Source: a virus (Duplodnaviria > Heunggongvirae > Uroviricota > Caudoviricetes). Taken from it: a stretch of 34,059 nucleotides of DNA. Location of the stretch: the IMG/VR virus record IMGVR_UViG_3300028888_000086; one strand, 5' to 3'. A program made the position numbers and the translations under genes. Positions 9,033 through 18,499 of this stretch are shown one piece after another; within the stretch, counting starts at the first letter, position 1, and every line of letters begins with the position of its first letter. Below the pieces are notes generated by a model. That model saw only the letters and a program-made list of their open reading frames with translations. It made no database searches and was not told the DNA's origin.

Positions 9033-9611
9033 TTATGCTTTTATATTTTCGCTAACAAAGATACCAATTCTATATTCGGTATCTCCTTCTTTTTTATAAT
9101 TTACTTTTTGATGATAAATTTTATAATTTTCATTTTCTTTTAATATATTATGAGACTCCCAACCATTAGTTGTAGTTAATTTATTGATTAAGTCTTGTAG
9201 TTTAGATACTTTTGGAGCATATTCTTGAAGAACAGCAGTATCTTCCTTAGTATTCATTTTTTCTTTTAGTTTACCCAACTCTTCTTCTGCTTTTTCTTTA
9301 TTTAAGAAATTATCACCAGAATTATTTAAAGTGTATTGTTCAGGAGTTTCTAAATTAATAACTGTGTTTAAAAACTGATTACCTATTTTTTTACTTGATA
9401 TTTCAGCAATAACAGCAGAATAATCTCCAGTATTAGCAATAGCACTTCTAATATCCTCTAAAGATTTCATAGAAGTTGTTATTCCTAAACTTACAAAAAC
9501 TCCAAGAGGTTTAATAAATGTTTTACCATCAATAGAGTTTATATAGAAAGTTTTAAAATTTTGTTGATAAAAAACTTCAACAATGTCATTTACTTTTTCT
9601 CTAATAATCAT
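9033..9611 (-). CDS. hypothetical protein co-transcribed with the AAA/VWA pair
   Basis: 192 aa; ATGA overlap with the VWA gene stop. Confidence 0.8.
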   Translation of the reverse strand: MIIREKVNDIVEVFYQQNFKTFYINSIDGKTFIKPLGVFVSLGITTSMKSLEDIRSAIANTGDYSAVIAEISSKKIGNQFLNTVINLETPEQYTLNNSGDNFLNKEKAEEELGKLKEKMNTKEDTAVLQEYAPKVSKLQDLINKLTTTNGWESHNILKENENYKIYHQKVNYKKEGDTEYRIGIFVSENIKA

Positions 9612-11632
9612 TTATTACTAAATTTTCTAATCTTCATATGTTTCCAGTTTATCTTATCACTATCAAAATAATTACTATTTCCATAATTAAATCCATAGAG
9701 AAGATATCCTGGCATATTTTCCTCAACTTTATTCCACTCTTCTAAATAATCTTCAAAATCAGATATAACAATTAGTATAGCATCCTGTTTATAATTATCT
9801 CTGAAATATTCAATACCTTTTGCTAATCTTGTTCCTCCACCCATATGAATCTTTGGAACTCCTTTTTTAGGATCAATATTTTTAATATGTTCACCTAAAC
9901 TAGTATTCCAGGTTATAATATCATATTTTAACCCTCTATTAAGTTTTCTCATACATTGTCCAATAGTTTTTAAGATTCTATCAACAAGTCTAGTATCCAT
10001 AGATCCAGAGATATCGATTAAATACACGATCTTAGGCTGATTTGATATAGTTACTTTTCTAGAAACCGTAGGAGCGATAACAGATCTATTTATTCCTTTA
10101 TTGTAAAGTTTCATAAGATCTTTTTTAGTATCAACTTTAATAACACGACTTCTAAAATTTAACATAACCTCTCTTAATGCAATATCAACTGCATCAACAT
10201 CTTTATCGACCTCTCTTATAGCTTCAGAACCTCCATTACTTCCACAACCAATTCCACCTTTACTTCTTATTTTACCTAATTTTCTTAAGTTATCAGCTTC
10301 AACTCTAGAATCAGTATTATGGTCTTGTCTAGTGCTATTTCTTATTCCTTTGTATGGACTTTCTTTCTTTTCTCCACCTCCGTCTTTGCCATCTCCATCA
10401 CGACCATCTTGACCATCAGAATTACTATCTTCTGTTAATCCAAGGTCGCTCATTAAGTTAGATAATCCTTGCATTCCTTGACCAGAACCAATTTGTCCAT
10501 TTGCTATATCTCTTAAAGCATCATTATAACCTTTTTGATAATCACCTTGACCTGCAGAACTTTGAGAACCACCATTTCCACCCAGTTGAGAGCTTCCACT
10601 TCCACTACCTTGACCTGATGATGGTTGACCTCCACTTCCAGGCATATTTCCTTGACCTGGCATTCCCTGTCCTGGCATACCCTGATCATTCTGATTCCCT
10701 TGTCCTTGTTGTGATTGTTCTTGTCCAGATTGTCCCTGTTGGCCCATTTGTTGATTCTGCATACTCTTACCAACTTGCCCATTATTATAGTCTCTCAAAG
10801 CATCATTATAACCTTTTTGATACTCTGGACTCATATTAGCAAATTGATTTAATGCATTCTGAATATCCTGTTGAGTAACCTGGGATGTATCACCATTACC
10901 TCCCATTTGAATATTGACAAGCATTTTTACAAACTTATCTAAATTCTTGATAATCAGCATAAGATATTCTACATAGGTCAAATCATTAGGGAATTCATAT
11001 CTTTCAGGAATCATTAGTTTTATTTTAGATTCCTTCTGCATTTTATCCAATCTATCTTGCAGGTCCTTCTTAAATGCTGGATCTACTGCATGATCTTGTA
11101 AATACTTCAATAACTCTTCATCCGTTTTTGGAAGAGCTGAAGATATATCATGCTCCATTTCTTCAATATCATCTTTACTAAGAACAGAAGAATTAACTTC
11201 CATATCCATAGCAATATTATGAATTTGATGATTAAGATATGGATCATCAATAACCCTTTCAATTAACTTATCGGCAAAATTAATACCACAATTTTTATTA
11301 ATTTCTGCAATAAGATCATCTCTATAGTTATTAAAAACATTACAAATACTAGAATCAAGATCTTCATGTATTCCATCCATATGACCTAAATAAATATGAC
11401 CATACTCATGCATCATGATTCTAAAATCTGTTCTGTCAATTCCAAGTTTACTACATACAATTTTATAAACTATATGACCAGAATCTTTATCTTTATATTT
11501 AAAGCAATACCCCAAATCATTTAATTTGGGGTCATACTTTTCATCAATGTCTAATATTAATAGATTACCAAACCTATTATATGTACTATCAACAAAATTT
11601 TTTATTGCTTCTAGTTCAGATTTTGTTCTCAT
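9608..11632 (-). CDS. metallopeptidase (HExxH) plus G/Q-rich linker plus VWA domain protein (DUF2201-like)
   Basis: MMHEYGHIY and HNIAMDMEVN in the N-terminal domain. MIDAS DISGS, MGGGT and VISDFE in the C-terminal domain. Confidence 0.85.
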   Translation of the reverse strand: MRTKSELEAIKNFVDSTYNRFGNLLILDIDEKYDPKLNDLGYCFKYKDKDSGHIVYKIVCSKLGIDRTDFRIMMHEYGHIYLGHMDGIHEDLDSSICNVFNNYRDDLIAEINKNCGINFADKLIERVIDDPYLNHQIHNIAMDMEVNSSVLSKDDIEEMEHDISSALPKTDEELLKYLQDHAVDPAFKKDLQDRLDKMQKESKIKLMIPERYEFPNDLTYVEYLMLIIKNLDKFVKMLVNIQMGGNGDTSQVTQQDIQNALNQFANMSPEYQKGYNDALRDYNNGQVGKSMQNQQMGQQGQSGQEQSQQGQGNQNDQGMPGQGMPGQGNMPGSGGQPSSGQGSGSGSSQLGGNGGSQSSAGQGDYQKGYNDALRDIANGQIGSGQGMQGLSNLMSDLGLTEDSNSDGQDGRDGDGKDGGGEKKESPYKGIRNSTRQDHNTDSRVEADNLRKLGKIRSKGGIGCGSNGGSEAIREVDKDVDAVDIALREVMLNFRSRVIKVDTKKDLMKLYNKGINRSVIAPTVSRKVTISNQPKIVYLIDISGSMDTRLVDRILKTIGQCMRKLNRGLKYDIITWNTSLGEHIKNIDPKKGVPKIHMGGGTRLAKGIEYFRDNYKQDAILIVISDFEDYLEEWNKVEENMPGYLLYGFNYGNSNYFDSDKINWKHMKIRKFSNK
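10509..10822. repeat. 32-nt direct repeat (31/32 identical) encoding YQKGYNDALRD twice
   Basis: TCTCT(T/C)AAAGCATCATTATAACCTTTTTGATA at 10509-10540 and 10791-10822. Confidence 0.9.
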
Positions 11633-11644
11633 AGTATTTATTTT

Positions 11645-13201
11645 TTATACTCTAATTTCTGGTATTATCTTTGAAACTGCTGGTGAAAAGTTGATTGCAT
11701 ATTTTCTAAACATCTTCAACTTATATTCAACTTGACGAAGTTTAGTCATGGTATCATTTAAATCTTTCTTAATATCAGTTTCATAAGATTTTTCTGGTTT
11801 CTCTATTAAAGATTTTAATTCAGTGATTATATCTTTGACTCTATTCCAAGTGACAATTTTAGCAGCAAAAGCTTCTGGTGTAATATCAAAATCTTTAAAA
11901 ACATCTTTACTTGTACTAGAATCAGAATCTCCAATTTTTACTTCAGGTTTAAACTTCTCAATTAATAAGTTACCAGTTTTAACTAAACAGGTAAAAATTG
12001 GCTTAATCGTTTCTGGATTAATTGGACGTTCAATATTTTCAAGATCTTTATCCTTTATAATTTCATTAACTTTATTAAACAAAGCTTGTAATTCAGGATC
12101 AGTAAAAGCTTTTGTAGTTTTTGACATCTTCTGTAAATAATCTTCATACTCAGAAAGTCTGTCATTATTTAATTTTTCTACATCATTTATAACTTTTATC
12201 ATATATTCTTGAAAATCTTTACCAACCTTTGTTACAACAACATCATCACCGTTAGTTGTTTTCTTTGGATTTCTACTAACACCAACTCCACAAAGACCAT
12301 CAATAACATTTCGATATAGATTACTAGATATTCCTTCTTTTCCAAAACATTGATAAATCGCAATCGTAGCTTCTCTCAGATAACATAAAGTTCTAAAAGT
12401 AATAAATCCATATAACTTTGAATCTTTATCAGTATCCGAATAAATATTTTGTAAATCAGTAACAGCAAGATCGACAGGTTTATCTCCTTGAGTCATTAAA
12501 ATTTTCATTACATCTTTTAACCCTCTTTCAATATACTCTCCTATCATATTATATTTTTTCTCAGGAATATCTTTTTCTTGTTCATCTAATTCCCGCATAT
12601 TCTTTTCTAACTCCGTAAAGTAATTTTTCTTCTCACCCCTCATACTACCCTCAAATTTGTTTAAAAATACATTTAAATCATCTGCAGTAGGAATGATATT
12701 GAAAATCATAAAACGATTCATTACTGGAGGAAGTAAGTTCATAGTATTTGATAAATTTTGAGCATAGTTACCAGCAGATACAATTAACGTATCATCTGGT
12801 ATTTTTTCTGTTTTAACCATTCTCTCAAAAATCAAATGTAATAAAGCAGCTTGTACATATTCATTCGCTGTAGTAATTTCATCTAAGAATAATAAGGTTT
12901 TCTTTCCCTCATTATGATTTCTTATAACTTCCTCAAACCAACTAGGTCTAAGAGGTACTGCTGCCATTTTACGATCATAACTTACATCCTTTGGAGCTAC
13001 ATCATATCCAGTTACTTCTTCTGCAGTAGTTGAATTACCTCTAAGTAATACAACTTCATAACCTCTAACTTTTGCAAATAAATTTACCGTTGAGCTTTTA
13101 CCTGCTCCTGGATTAGATAAGAATAATACCGGAACTCCGCTTTTTTCAGCAATTTTTAACGCACAGAAAATATCTGTATTAATGTTATTTTTTCTTGCCA
13201 T
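11645..13201 (-). CDS. MoxR-like AAA+ ATPase
   Basis: Walker A SNPGAGKSS, Walker B LLFLDEI, sensor AGN and the RF arginine-finger region; adjacent to a VWA partner. Confidence 0.85.
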   Translation of the reverse strand: MARKNNINTDIFCALKIAEKSGVPVLFLSNPGAGKSSTVNLFAKVRGYEVVLLRGNSTTAEEVTGYDVAPKDVSYDRKMAAVPLRPSWFEEVIRNHNEGKKTLLFLDEITTANEYVQAALLHLIFERMVKTEKIPDDTLIVSAGNYAQNLSNTMNLLPPVMNRFMIFNIIPTADDLNVFLNKFEGSMRGEKKNYFTELEKNMRELDEQEKDIPEKKYNMIGEYIERGLKDVMKILMTQGDKPVDLAVTDLQNIYSDTDKDSKLYGFITFRTLCYLREATIAIYQCFGKEGISSNLYRNVIDGLCGVGVSRNPKKTTNGDDVVVTKVGKDFQEYMIKVINDVEKLNNDRLSEYEDYLQKMSKTTKAFTDPELQALFNKVNEIIKDKDLENIERPINPETIKPIFTCLVKTGNLLIEKFKPEVKIGDSDSSTSKDVFKDFDITPEAFAAKIVTWNRVKDIITELKSLIEKPEKSYETDIKKDLNDTMTKLRQVEYKLKMFRKYAINFSPAVSKIIPEIRV

Positions 13202-13238
13202 CTTTTAAAATTTTAAATTGTAAATTTTATATTTATGT

Positions 13239-13257
13239 CATATATAAGAATTTGAGG
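13239..13257 (-). promoter_or_regulatory. phage promoter motif copy driving the AAA-VWA operon
   Basis: CCTCAAATTCTTATATATG about 38 nt before ATG 13201. Confidence 0.65.
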
Positions 13258-13539
13258 CTTACTAATTCGCATTTTATTAATCTTAATTTCCTTATATTTG
13301 TTATGATTATTGAATCTAATAAAATAATAACATCAATAAATAAAAAGTATATCAATAAAATATTAGTAGTCAATTTTCTAATAGTGTGGGGAGAAATTGA
13401 GTTTAATACTTATTTAACCCCATGTTATAGATAAATTATATTCATCTTTAATTAATTAGATCTGGACATAATTTTTATAACTGGCAAACTTGATAAATCT
13501 AACTATAGAGTATTATAAACAATAATAGTATATATAAAT

Positions 13540-13770
13540 ATGATAGTTAAAGTATTTTTAATTGGAAAAGATAGAATTTTTGTTGAATTTGATAATAATA
13601 ATAAAGATATTGGATTTCATATTATAGAAAACCATAGTAATTTTGGAAAATTAGTTTCTAAAAGCATATATCTTAAAATAAAAAAACAAGCTGGATTCAT
13701 TAATTATCATGCTTTTTGTTATAGTAAATATTTTGAAAATAAAATACCACAACAAATAATAAATATATAA
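13540..13770 (+). CDS. hypothetical protein
   Basis: 76-aa ORF with an A-rich initiation region, convergent with 13808..14380. Confidence 0.6.
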   Translation: MIVKVFLIGKDRIFVEFDNNNKDIGFHIIENHSNFGKLVSKSIYLKIKKQAGFINYHAFCYSKYFENKIPQQIINI

Positions 13771-13807
13771 AAAAAGTAACTCAAATAGAACCGAGTTACT
13801 TTTTTCT

Positions 13808-14380
13808 TTATTCATACAGTGCTTTAGAAACACTTGCTAAACTTGGATGATTTTTTAAACTATTCCAATTATTTTTTAATTTATCATTAGTGTCTTCTAT
13901 TGCTTTAGTAATGTCAACATCTCTATAATAAGTTTGTAATATCATAACTAATAAGGCATGTTCTAAACTTATTGGAGACAAGGCTATCATATTATATTCA
14001 TCATTTAACGTTTTGTAGAAGAAATCAGTTCCCCATTTAATAATAGGTGACTTTATACAAACTCTCCATACAGATTCAACATATGTTGCAAGTTCATTAT
14101 AATTATCTATATGAATAGGGTCTTCTAATCTAATCTCTTCTACTTCTTTATTTTTTAATTCTTGTATTGAAGAGTTTTTATTATAAGTATTTTCTTTTTC
14201 TATAAAATCCCAACTTATAATATCATCAGATGTAGATAAATATTTATATATATCTTTATTTTCTTCTATATCTAAATCTACAGTTATAAATTCAGAAGAT
14301 TTATTTAATTTTTCTAAAACTTCTTTAATTTTACTAACTCTTATACTTACTTTTATTTTTCTATTTTGCATATACTCCAA
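13808..14380 (-). CDS. hypothetical protein
   Basis: 190-aa ORF overlapping the upstream phosphoesterase. Confidence 0.75.
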   Translation of the reverse strand: MEYMQNRKIKVSIRVSKIKEVLEKLNKSSEFITVDLDIEENKDIYKYLSTSDDIISWDFIEKENTYNKNSSIQELKNKEVEEIRLEDPIHIDNYNELATYVESVWRVCIKSPIIKWGTDFFYKTLNDEYNMIALSPISLEHALLVMILQTYYRDVDITKAIEDTNDKLKNNWNSLKNHPSLASVSKALYE

Positions 14381-15564
14381 TTATTTTTATATTGTTCTGC
14401 ATATAATATTTCTTCATCTGTTGGTGGATCTAAATTTATAACTTTTGGAAATTTTAAAACTTCCCAACAATCAGGATATTGACAATGAGCATGAATAGAC
14501 CATAAATTATTGTTTTTATTAACTTCTGAAAATTCTTTATCAAATTTATTCATATCTCTATTTCCATATATTAAAGTTCCAATATAACGAGGATCTATTT
14601 GCTCAATATATTTAATTCCAGCATGAGAACTAATATATCTATTTTTATTTAGTGTTATATAGTTAAACATATTTAATTTTTTATTCAATTTTTCTAGATA
14701 TACTCGAGCTTGATTACTATCTAAATCATCATATTCTTTTGAAGTTGTGTTTAAAAAATCTTCTGGTAATGTTCTTAGTAAATATTCTTTAAGCTCTTTT
14801 TTCGCATTTCCATCCTTTAACATTAAATAACCTAGATATTTTCTTAATCTAAGCTCATGATTTCCTTCTAACCATAAAAAATTATCTTTTTTATTGTTTA
14901 TTATGTAATCAGTTATTTTTCTAGATCCATTTTTTTCTGGACCATCTATATAATCCCCATAAAATATAGTTAAATCATATAGGGAAAATTTGGGTAATTT
15001 ATTAAATAATTTAAAATTTGAATGTAAATCAGAAACATGTAATATTTTTGAATTTATTGTAAATGAATACTTCTTTTTTTGTTTCTTCCAATAATTTAAA
15101 ACATCTGAATAAGTTTTAATAATTGTTTGTTCTGATACAGGAAACAAAGAATAGTTAAGTATATCATGCTCTAATTCATGTTTTTTCTTAGTTTGATAAT
15201 AATTTACTGTATATTTTTTTCCACTTGTTGTATAATCTTCTGGTATATCATGAATTACGTAAAAAATAGTATATCCAAATATTAAAGCTACAGTTTCTAA
15301 AAAATTATTAGCTTCATTTTCAGAATCTATAACTATTAAACAACCTTTAGACATTCTAGTACATACAACTTCAATAAATCTTCTATATACTAAATCACTA
15401 AAAGATCTATTTAATATTTCTCTTCCTGGATATAATAATTCAGGAATAGCATATATTTTTCTAATTAAATTAATATCAATAAAATAATTTTCTAATTTTT
15501 CACTCTTTACCCAATTTAATTTTTCATCTTTTACTAATCCTTTTAAAATAATTAAACTTCTCAT
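14353..15564 (-). CDS. Pnkp-like protein: degenerate P-loop kinase domain plus calcineurin-like metallophosphoesterase
   Basis: Phosphoesterase motifs SDLHS, YGDYIDG, LEGNHE, SHAG and IHAH. The N-terminus aligns with the AAA_33-type kinase but the P-loop reads GLVKDEKL. Confidence 0.8.
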   Translation of the reverse strand: MRSLIILKGLVKDEKLNWVKSEKLENYFIDINLIRKIYAIPELLYPGREILNRSFSDLVYRRFIEVVCTRMSKGCLIVIDSENEANNFLETVALIFGYTIFYVIHDIPEDYTTSGKKYTVNYYQTKKKHELEHDILNYSLFPVSEQTIIKTYSDVLNYWKKQKKKYSFTINSKILHVSDLHSNFKLFNKLPKFSLYDLTIFYGDYIDGPEKNGSRKITDYIINNKKDNFLWLEGNHELRLRKYLGYLMLKDGNAKKELKEYLLRTLPEDFLNTTSKEYDDLDSNQARVYLEKLNKKLNMFNYITLNKNRYISSHAGIKYIEQIDPRYIGTLIYGNRDMNKFDKEFSEVNKNNNLWSIHAHCQYPDCWEVLKFPKVINLDPPTDEEILYAEQYKNNWSICKIEK

Positions 15565-15570
15565 TCATTT

Positions 15571-16137
15571 TCATTCTGGTAGTTGTAATTTTTGATTTTG
15601 TTGTAAAGCAGGCAAGATAGAAAAGAATGCCCAAATAGAATCTTTTACATTACTGCTTGTTGGAAGAAGAGGTACTCCACACTTATTACAAATAAATGAT
15701 ATAAGTCCATATTGAAAATATTCTGGATTACATCTTACAACAAGTTTTCCTGAAGAAGAAGCAAGTCCAAATTCAAAAAGAGGAACCGGTGACATAGACT
15801 TCTTTAAGAAATTCATAAAAATACCATCAGCGGCAAACATCATGTTATAACACCAATCCATCTTTTGCATAAATTCTGGATTATCTGGAGAGGGCATAGG
15901 ATTCATTTGAGGTGACATAAGAGGATTAATAAAGATCCATTTATGTGCTTTAAAAACCGAAATAGCCCCAGGACCCTCAGTTAATGTTACCATAGCTTGA
16001 CATACTTTATCTTGCCAATGCTCATTAGCTGGATTTAAGTCTTGTGTTCCAGCTAAATAAATTTTAACAGCATCAGTAGCTTCAGGTAATTGATCCCCTA
16101 CATTTAACACTAATACATTATTTGATAGTTGTTGCAT
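15571..16137 (-). CDS. nucleoside 2-deoxyribosyltransferase-like protein
   Basis: IYLAGT..WQDKV..FINP..QKMDWCY..ADGIFMNF..SPVPLFEFGL matches the Nuc_deoxyri_tr2-type pattern. ATG 16137 is preferred over the track's TTG. Confidence 0.75.
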   Translation of the reverse strand: MQQLSNNVLVLNVGDQLPEATDAVKIYLAGTQDLNPANEHWQDKVCQAMVTLTEGPGAISVFKAHKWIFINPLMSPQMNPMPSPDNPEFMQKMDWCYNMMFAADGIFMNFLKKSMSPVPLFEFGLASSSGKLVVRCNPEYFQYGLISFICNKCGVPLLPTSSNVKDSIWAFFSILPALQQNQKLQLPE

Positions 16138-16200
16138 ATTCTTAATTTTATTTTTCTTAAATAAAAGAAGATTAGAACCAATCTTCAATTATACATTAAT

Positions 16201-16770
16201 TTAACTCCAATCTTCTAATTTAAGTTTATTTTTGTAAATTTTATTTATTTGTTCTAAATCTCCTTTATAAATCATAATAACAACATCAGCATATTCAGAA
16301 CTATTAGGTTCAATTATATATTGATGATATATAGGTTTCGATGTTTTTTCAGCATTTAAAAATTCATCATAATCTTTTATTATACATAGACGTCTTTTAT
16401 TTTTTACAGCTTCTGGTATTTCTTTTTGCATTTTTTCAATTGGATATCCTTCAAGTGGTATAAATTCTGTTTTTTTATACTCATGTCTTATTGCTCCAAT
16501 TACAAAGTTATATACGGTTTTTATTAATTCAGATACTGGTTTACTATTAAACTCACCATTATCATTGATATTCAAATTAGGCGTATTAACTGAAAATGTA
16601 ATAAGCGCTGTCTTAAAATTGACTTTTTCTATAACAATATCATTAGGTAATTCATCTACTTTTTTTACTAATCCAGATAAATTTGCAAAATAATTATTTA
16701 TTAGTTTTGTATCTAATAACATTGAAAATTTTTTATCAACCGGATTAAAACTTGTTGAAATTACTATCAT
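16201..16770 (-). CDS. hypothetical protein
   Basis: 189-aa ORF downstream of a promoter motif. Confidence 0.8.
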   Translation of the reverse strand: MIVISTSFNPVDKKFSMLLDTKLINNYFANLSGLVKKVDELPNDIVIEKVNFKTALITFSVNTPNLNINDNGEFNSKPVSELIKTVYNFVIGAIRHEYKKTEFIPLEGYPIEKMQKEIPEAVKNKRRLCIIKDYDEFLNAEKTSKPIYHQYIIEPNSSEYADVVIMIYKGDLEQINKIYKNKLKLEDWS

Positions 16771-16800
16771 TTTTATTCAAATTTTTTCGTTATTAAAATT

Positions 16801-16820
16801 CATATATAAGGAAATTAAGA
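16801..16820 (-). promoter_or_regulatory. phage promoter motif copy
   Basis: TCTTAATTTCCTTATATATG, 30 nt before ATG 16770. Confidence 0.6.
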
Positions 16821-16827
16821 CTAGTGT

Positions 16828-16859
16828 AAAGGGGATAAATGGTTTTCTTATCCCCTTTT
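16828..16859. terminator. intrinsic terminator
   Basis: AAAGGGGATAA (16828-16838) / TTATCCCCTTT (16848-16858), an 11-bp stem. Confidence 0.8.
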
Positions 16860-16883
16860 ATCATTATAAATCTTTATGATAAT

Positions 16884-17399
16884 TTAGATAATATTAATCT
16901 GGTTAATACTAGTAGTTATAGAAATCATATTATCATTTTCATCTTTAACAAAAACCACTCCAGTAATTTCTATTGGATTATCTCCAGTAGTTCCAACAGC
17001 ATATAAAACACCGTCTCTTACATATGCTTTTGACATATCACTGCTTGAAAAACAAACTTGATTAACTGAGATATTTGCTATAGAATTACTATTTTCACTA
17101 GTATTTGTAGTAATAACTATAGGATAAAAATCACCAACATTAAGAGTATAAGTAGTAATATTATCACTAACAGTAGGAGTTGTTCTACTAAGTTGAATAC
17201 TTATATCTTCAATTAAAGCGGGATTATAAATACTATAGTCACTTTTTTCATCTAACTGGGAATAAGACTTATCATTGCGTTCTCCAGCTCTTTCTTGTTT
17301 ACGACTATCATTACCTACATCAAAGTTAATATCGTCTTCGGATCTTTTGGTAAATGATTCTGTAATAAACTCATTTTCATTAATTTCATTTTCATTCAT
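16884..17399 (-). CDS. protein with acidic N-terminus and C-terminal Ig-like (Big_2-type) domain
   Basis: TLNVGD...FSSSDMSKAYVRDGVLYAVGTTG resembles the Ig-like 'SSd..vAtV..G.v.av..G' pattern. Confidence 0.6.
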   Translation of the reverse strand: MNENEINENEFITESFTKRSEDDINFDVGNDSRKQERAGERNDKSYSQLDEKSDYSIYNPALIEDISIQLSRTTPTVSDNITTYTLNVGDFYPIVITTNTSENSNSIANISVNQVCFSSSDMSKAYVRDGVLYAVGTTGDNPIEITGVVFVKDENDNMISITTSINQINII

Positions 17400-17491
17400 A
17401 TCATTCGTGTTTAAAATGTTTATAAAATTATAAATTGATTTAATTATTTAAGATTAGTTTGTCCATTAAAACAAAACTAATCTTTTTAATA

Positions 17492-17510
17492 CATATATAA
17501 GAATAATAAA
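17492..17510 (-). promoter_or_regulatory. phage promoter motif copy (core only)
   Basis: TTCTTATATATG upstream of ATG 17399. Confidence 0.5.
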
Positions 17511-17545
17511 CTTTCTGAAGCGCATTTTTATCATTTCAGAAAGCC

Positions 17546-17580
17546 AAAAAAAAAAATAAACTACTACTCTTAGTAATTTA
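17546..17580 (-). terminator. intrinsic terminator closing the approx. 700-nt non-coding unit
   Basis: Minus strand TAAATTACTA-AGAG-TAGTAGTTTA followed by T11. Confidence 0.75.
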
Positions 17581-18265
17581 AATATTGTTATTACTAATTT
17601 CATAAGTTAATTTTTACCTAAAATTTCTCTTTTTAGGATTTTTGTTCAGGATTTAAAACTCAAAAGAATTCCTCTTCAGAATTTTTATTTTATTCTAAAT
17701 AATTAGTACTGTATCCTAATCGTCCCTCCCTGCGTTCTATTACTCTTAAAACTGATAATACAGTATCAGATTAATTTTATAGTTTATCAAGTATACTTGA
17801 CTACACGCTTTGTATGTCCCTATAATATAATTTTATCAATTATATCTCAACATACTAGTCTAAAATCTTTTCGACTTTAGAATTTTAAATTTTTGTTATA
17901 AAAACTTGCTGTTCAGACTAAATGCCCGTAACTAGCTAAGTTTTTTATATCTCTTAATCATTTTATTTTCCGCTTTTGGCCTATCCTTAACACTCCTCAC
18001 GGAAAGGGCTAACAACAACCCTAAACTTGATTATAAAATCAAGGTGTTAAGTCTTGGATATTTTATACTCGCCAAAACGAGTCTGGGTGCATAACTTCCA
18101 GCTTCATTATATAAAGTTCCCTCCAAGCACCTTCAGTATGCTTTATATAACTAAGTATTTTTCACCAAATACATGACAGTAAACGAAAGATGATCCCATA
18201 GGACTAGACTGAAGCTAATCATAAGATCATCTTAAGGTAATTCTCGAAAATAAAAAAATTTTATT
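17550..18265 (-). ncRNA. candidate large, highly structured non-coding RNA (approx. 700 nt)
   Basis: Bounded by promoter motif 18272-18291 and terminator 17546-17580, with no ORF of 60 aa or more. At least 10 helices and several loop-loop complementarities; G.U pairs favour the minus strand. Confidence 0.6.
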
Positions 18266-18271
18266 TCATTA

Positions 18272-18291
18272 CATATATAAGGCTTTTAAGG
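18272..18291 (-). promoter_or_regulatory. phage promoter motif copy
   Basis: CCTTAAAAGCCTTATATATG. Confidence 0.65.
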
Positions 18292-18302
18292 ATTATTAGA
18301 AG

Positions 18303-18498
18303 GAAAAAAAAATAAACCAACCAAATCTTTAAGATAGATTTCATCCAGCGGTGGTAGACTTTTTACTGTCTAGGAACCCTTTCCGCTTTACCATCTTTAT
18401 TGATTTGGTTGGGTAAGGGCGGGACTTTTTTAATTTGGACTGTCCCGCCCATAATACATAACATAATATATATATATAAATGAGCGATTTCTCTTCTC
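18303..18498 (-). ncRNA. candidate approx. 190-nt structured RNA (GC hairpin plus interrupted rod ending in a U tract)
   Basis: GGGCGGGAC/GTCCCGCCC hairpin, then CCAACCAAATC/GATTTGGTTGG, AAGAT/ATCTT, AGCGG/CCGCT and TAGAC/GTCTA nested stems, then T9. Promoter motif at 18500-18520. Confidence 0.55.
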
Positions 18499-18499
18499 T

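Noticed and set aside
17787-17925. Group I intron core (GACTA...TAGTC P7-like pairing, GTTCAGACTAAATG resembling the R element)
   Set aside because: No P3 strand between the P7 5' strand and the P8-like helix, no recognisable P4-P6, and the region does not interrupt a gene.
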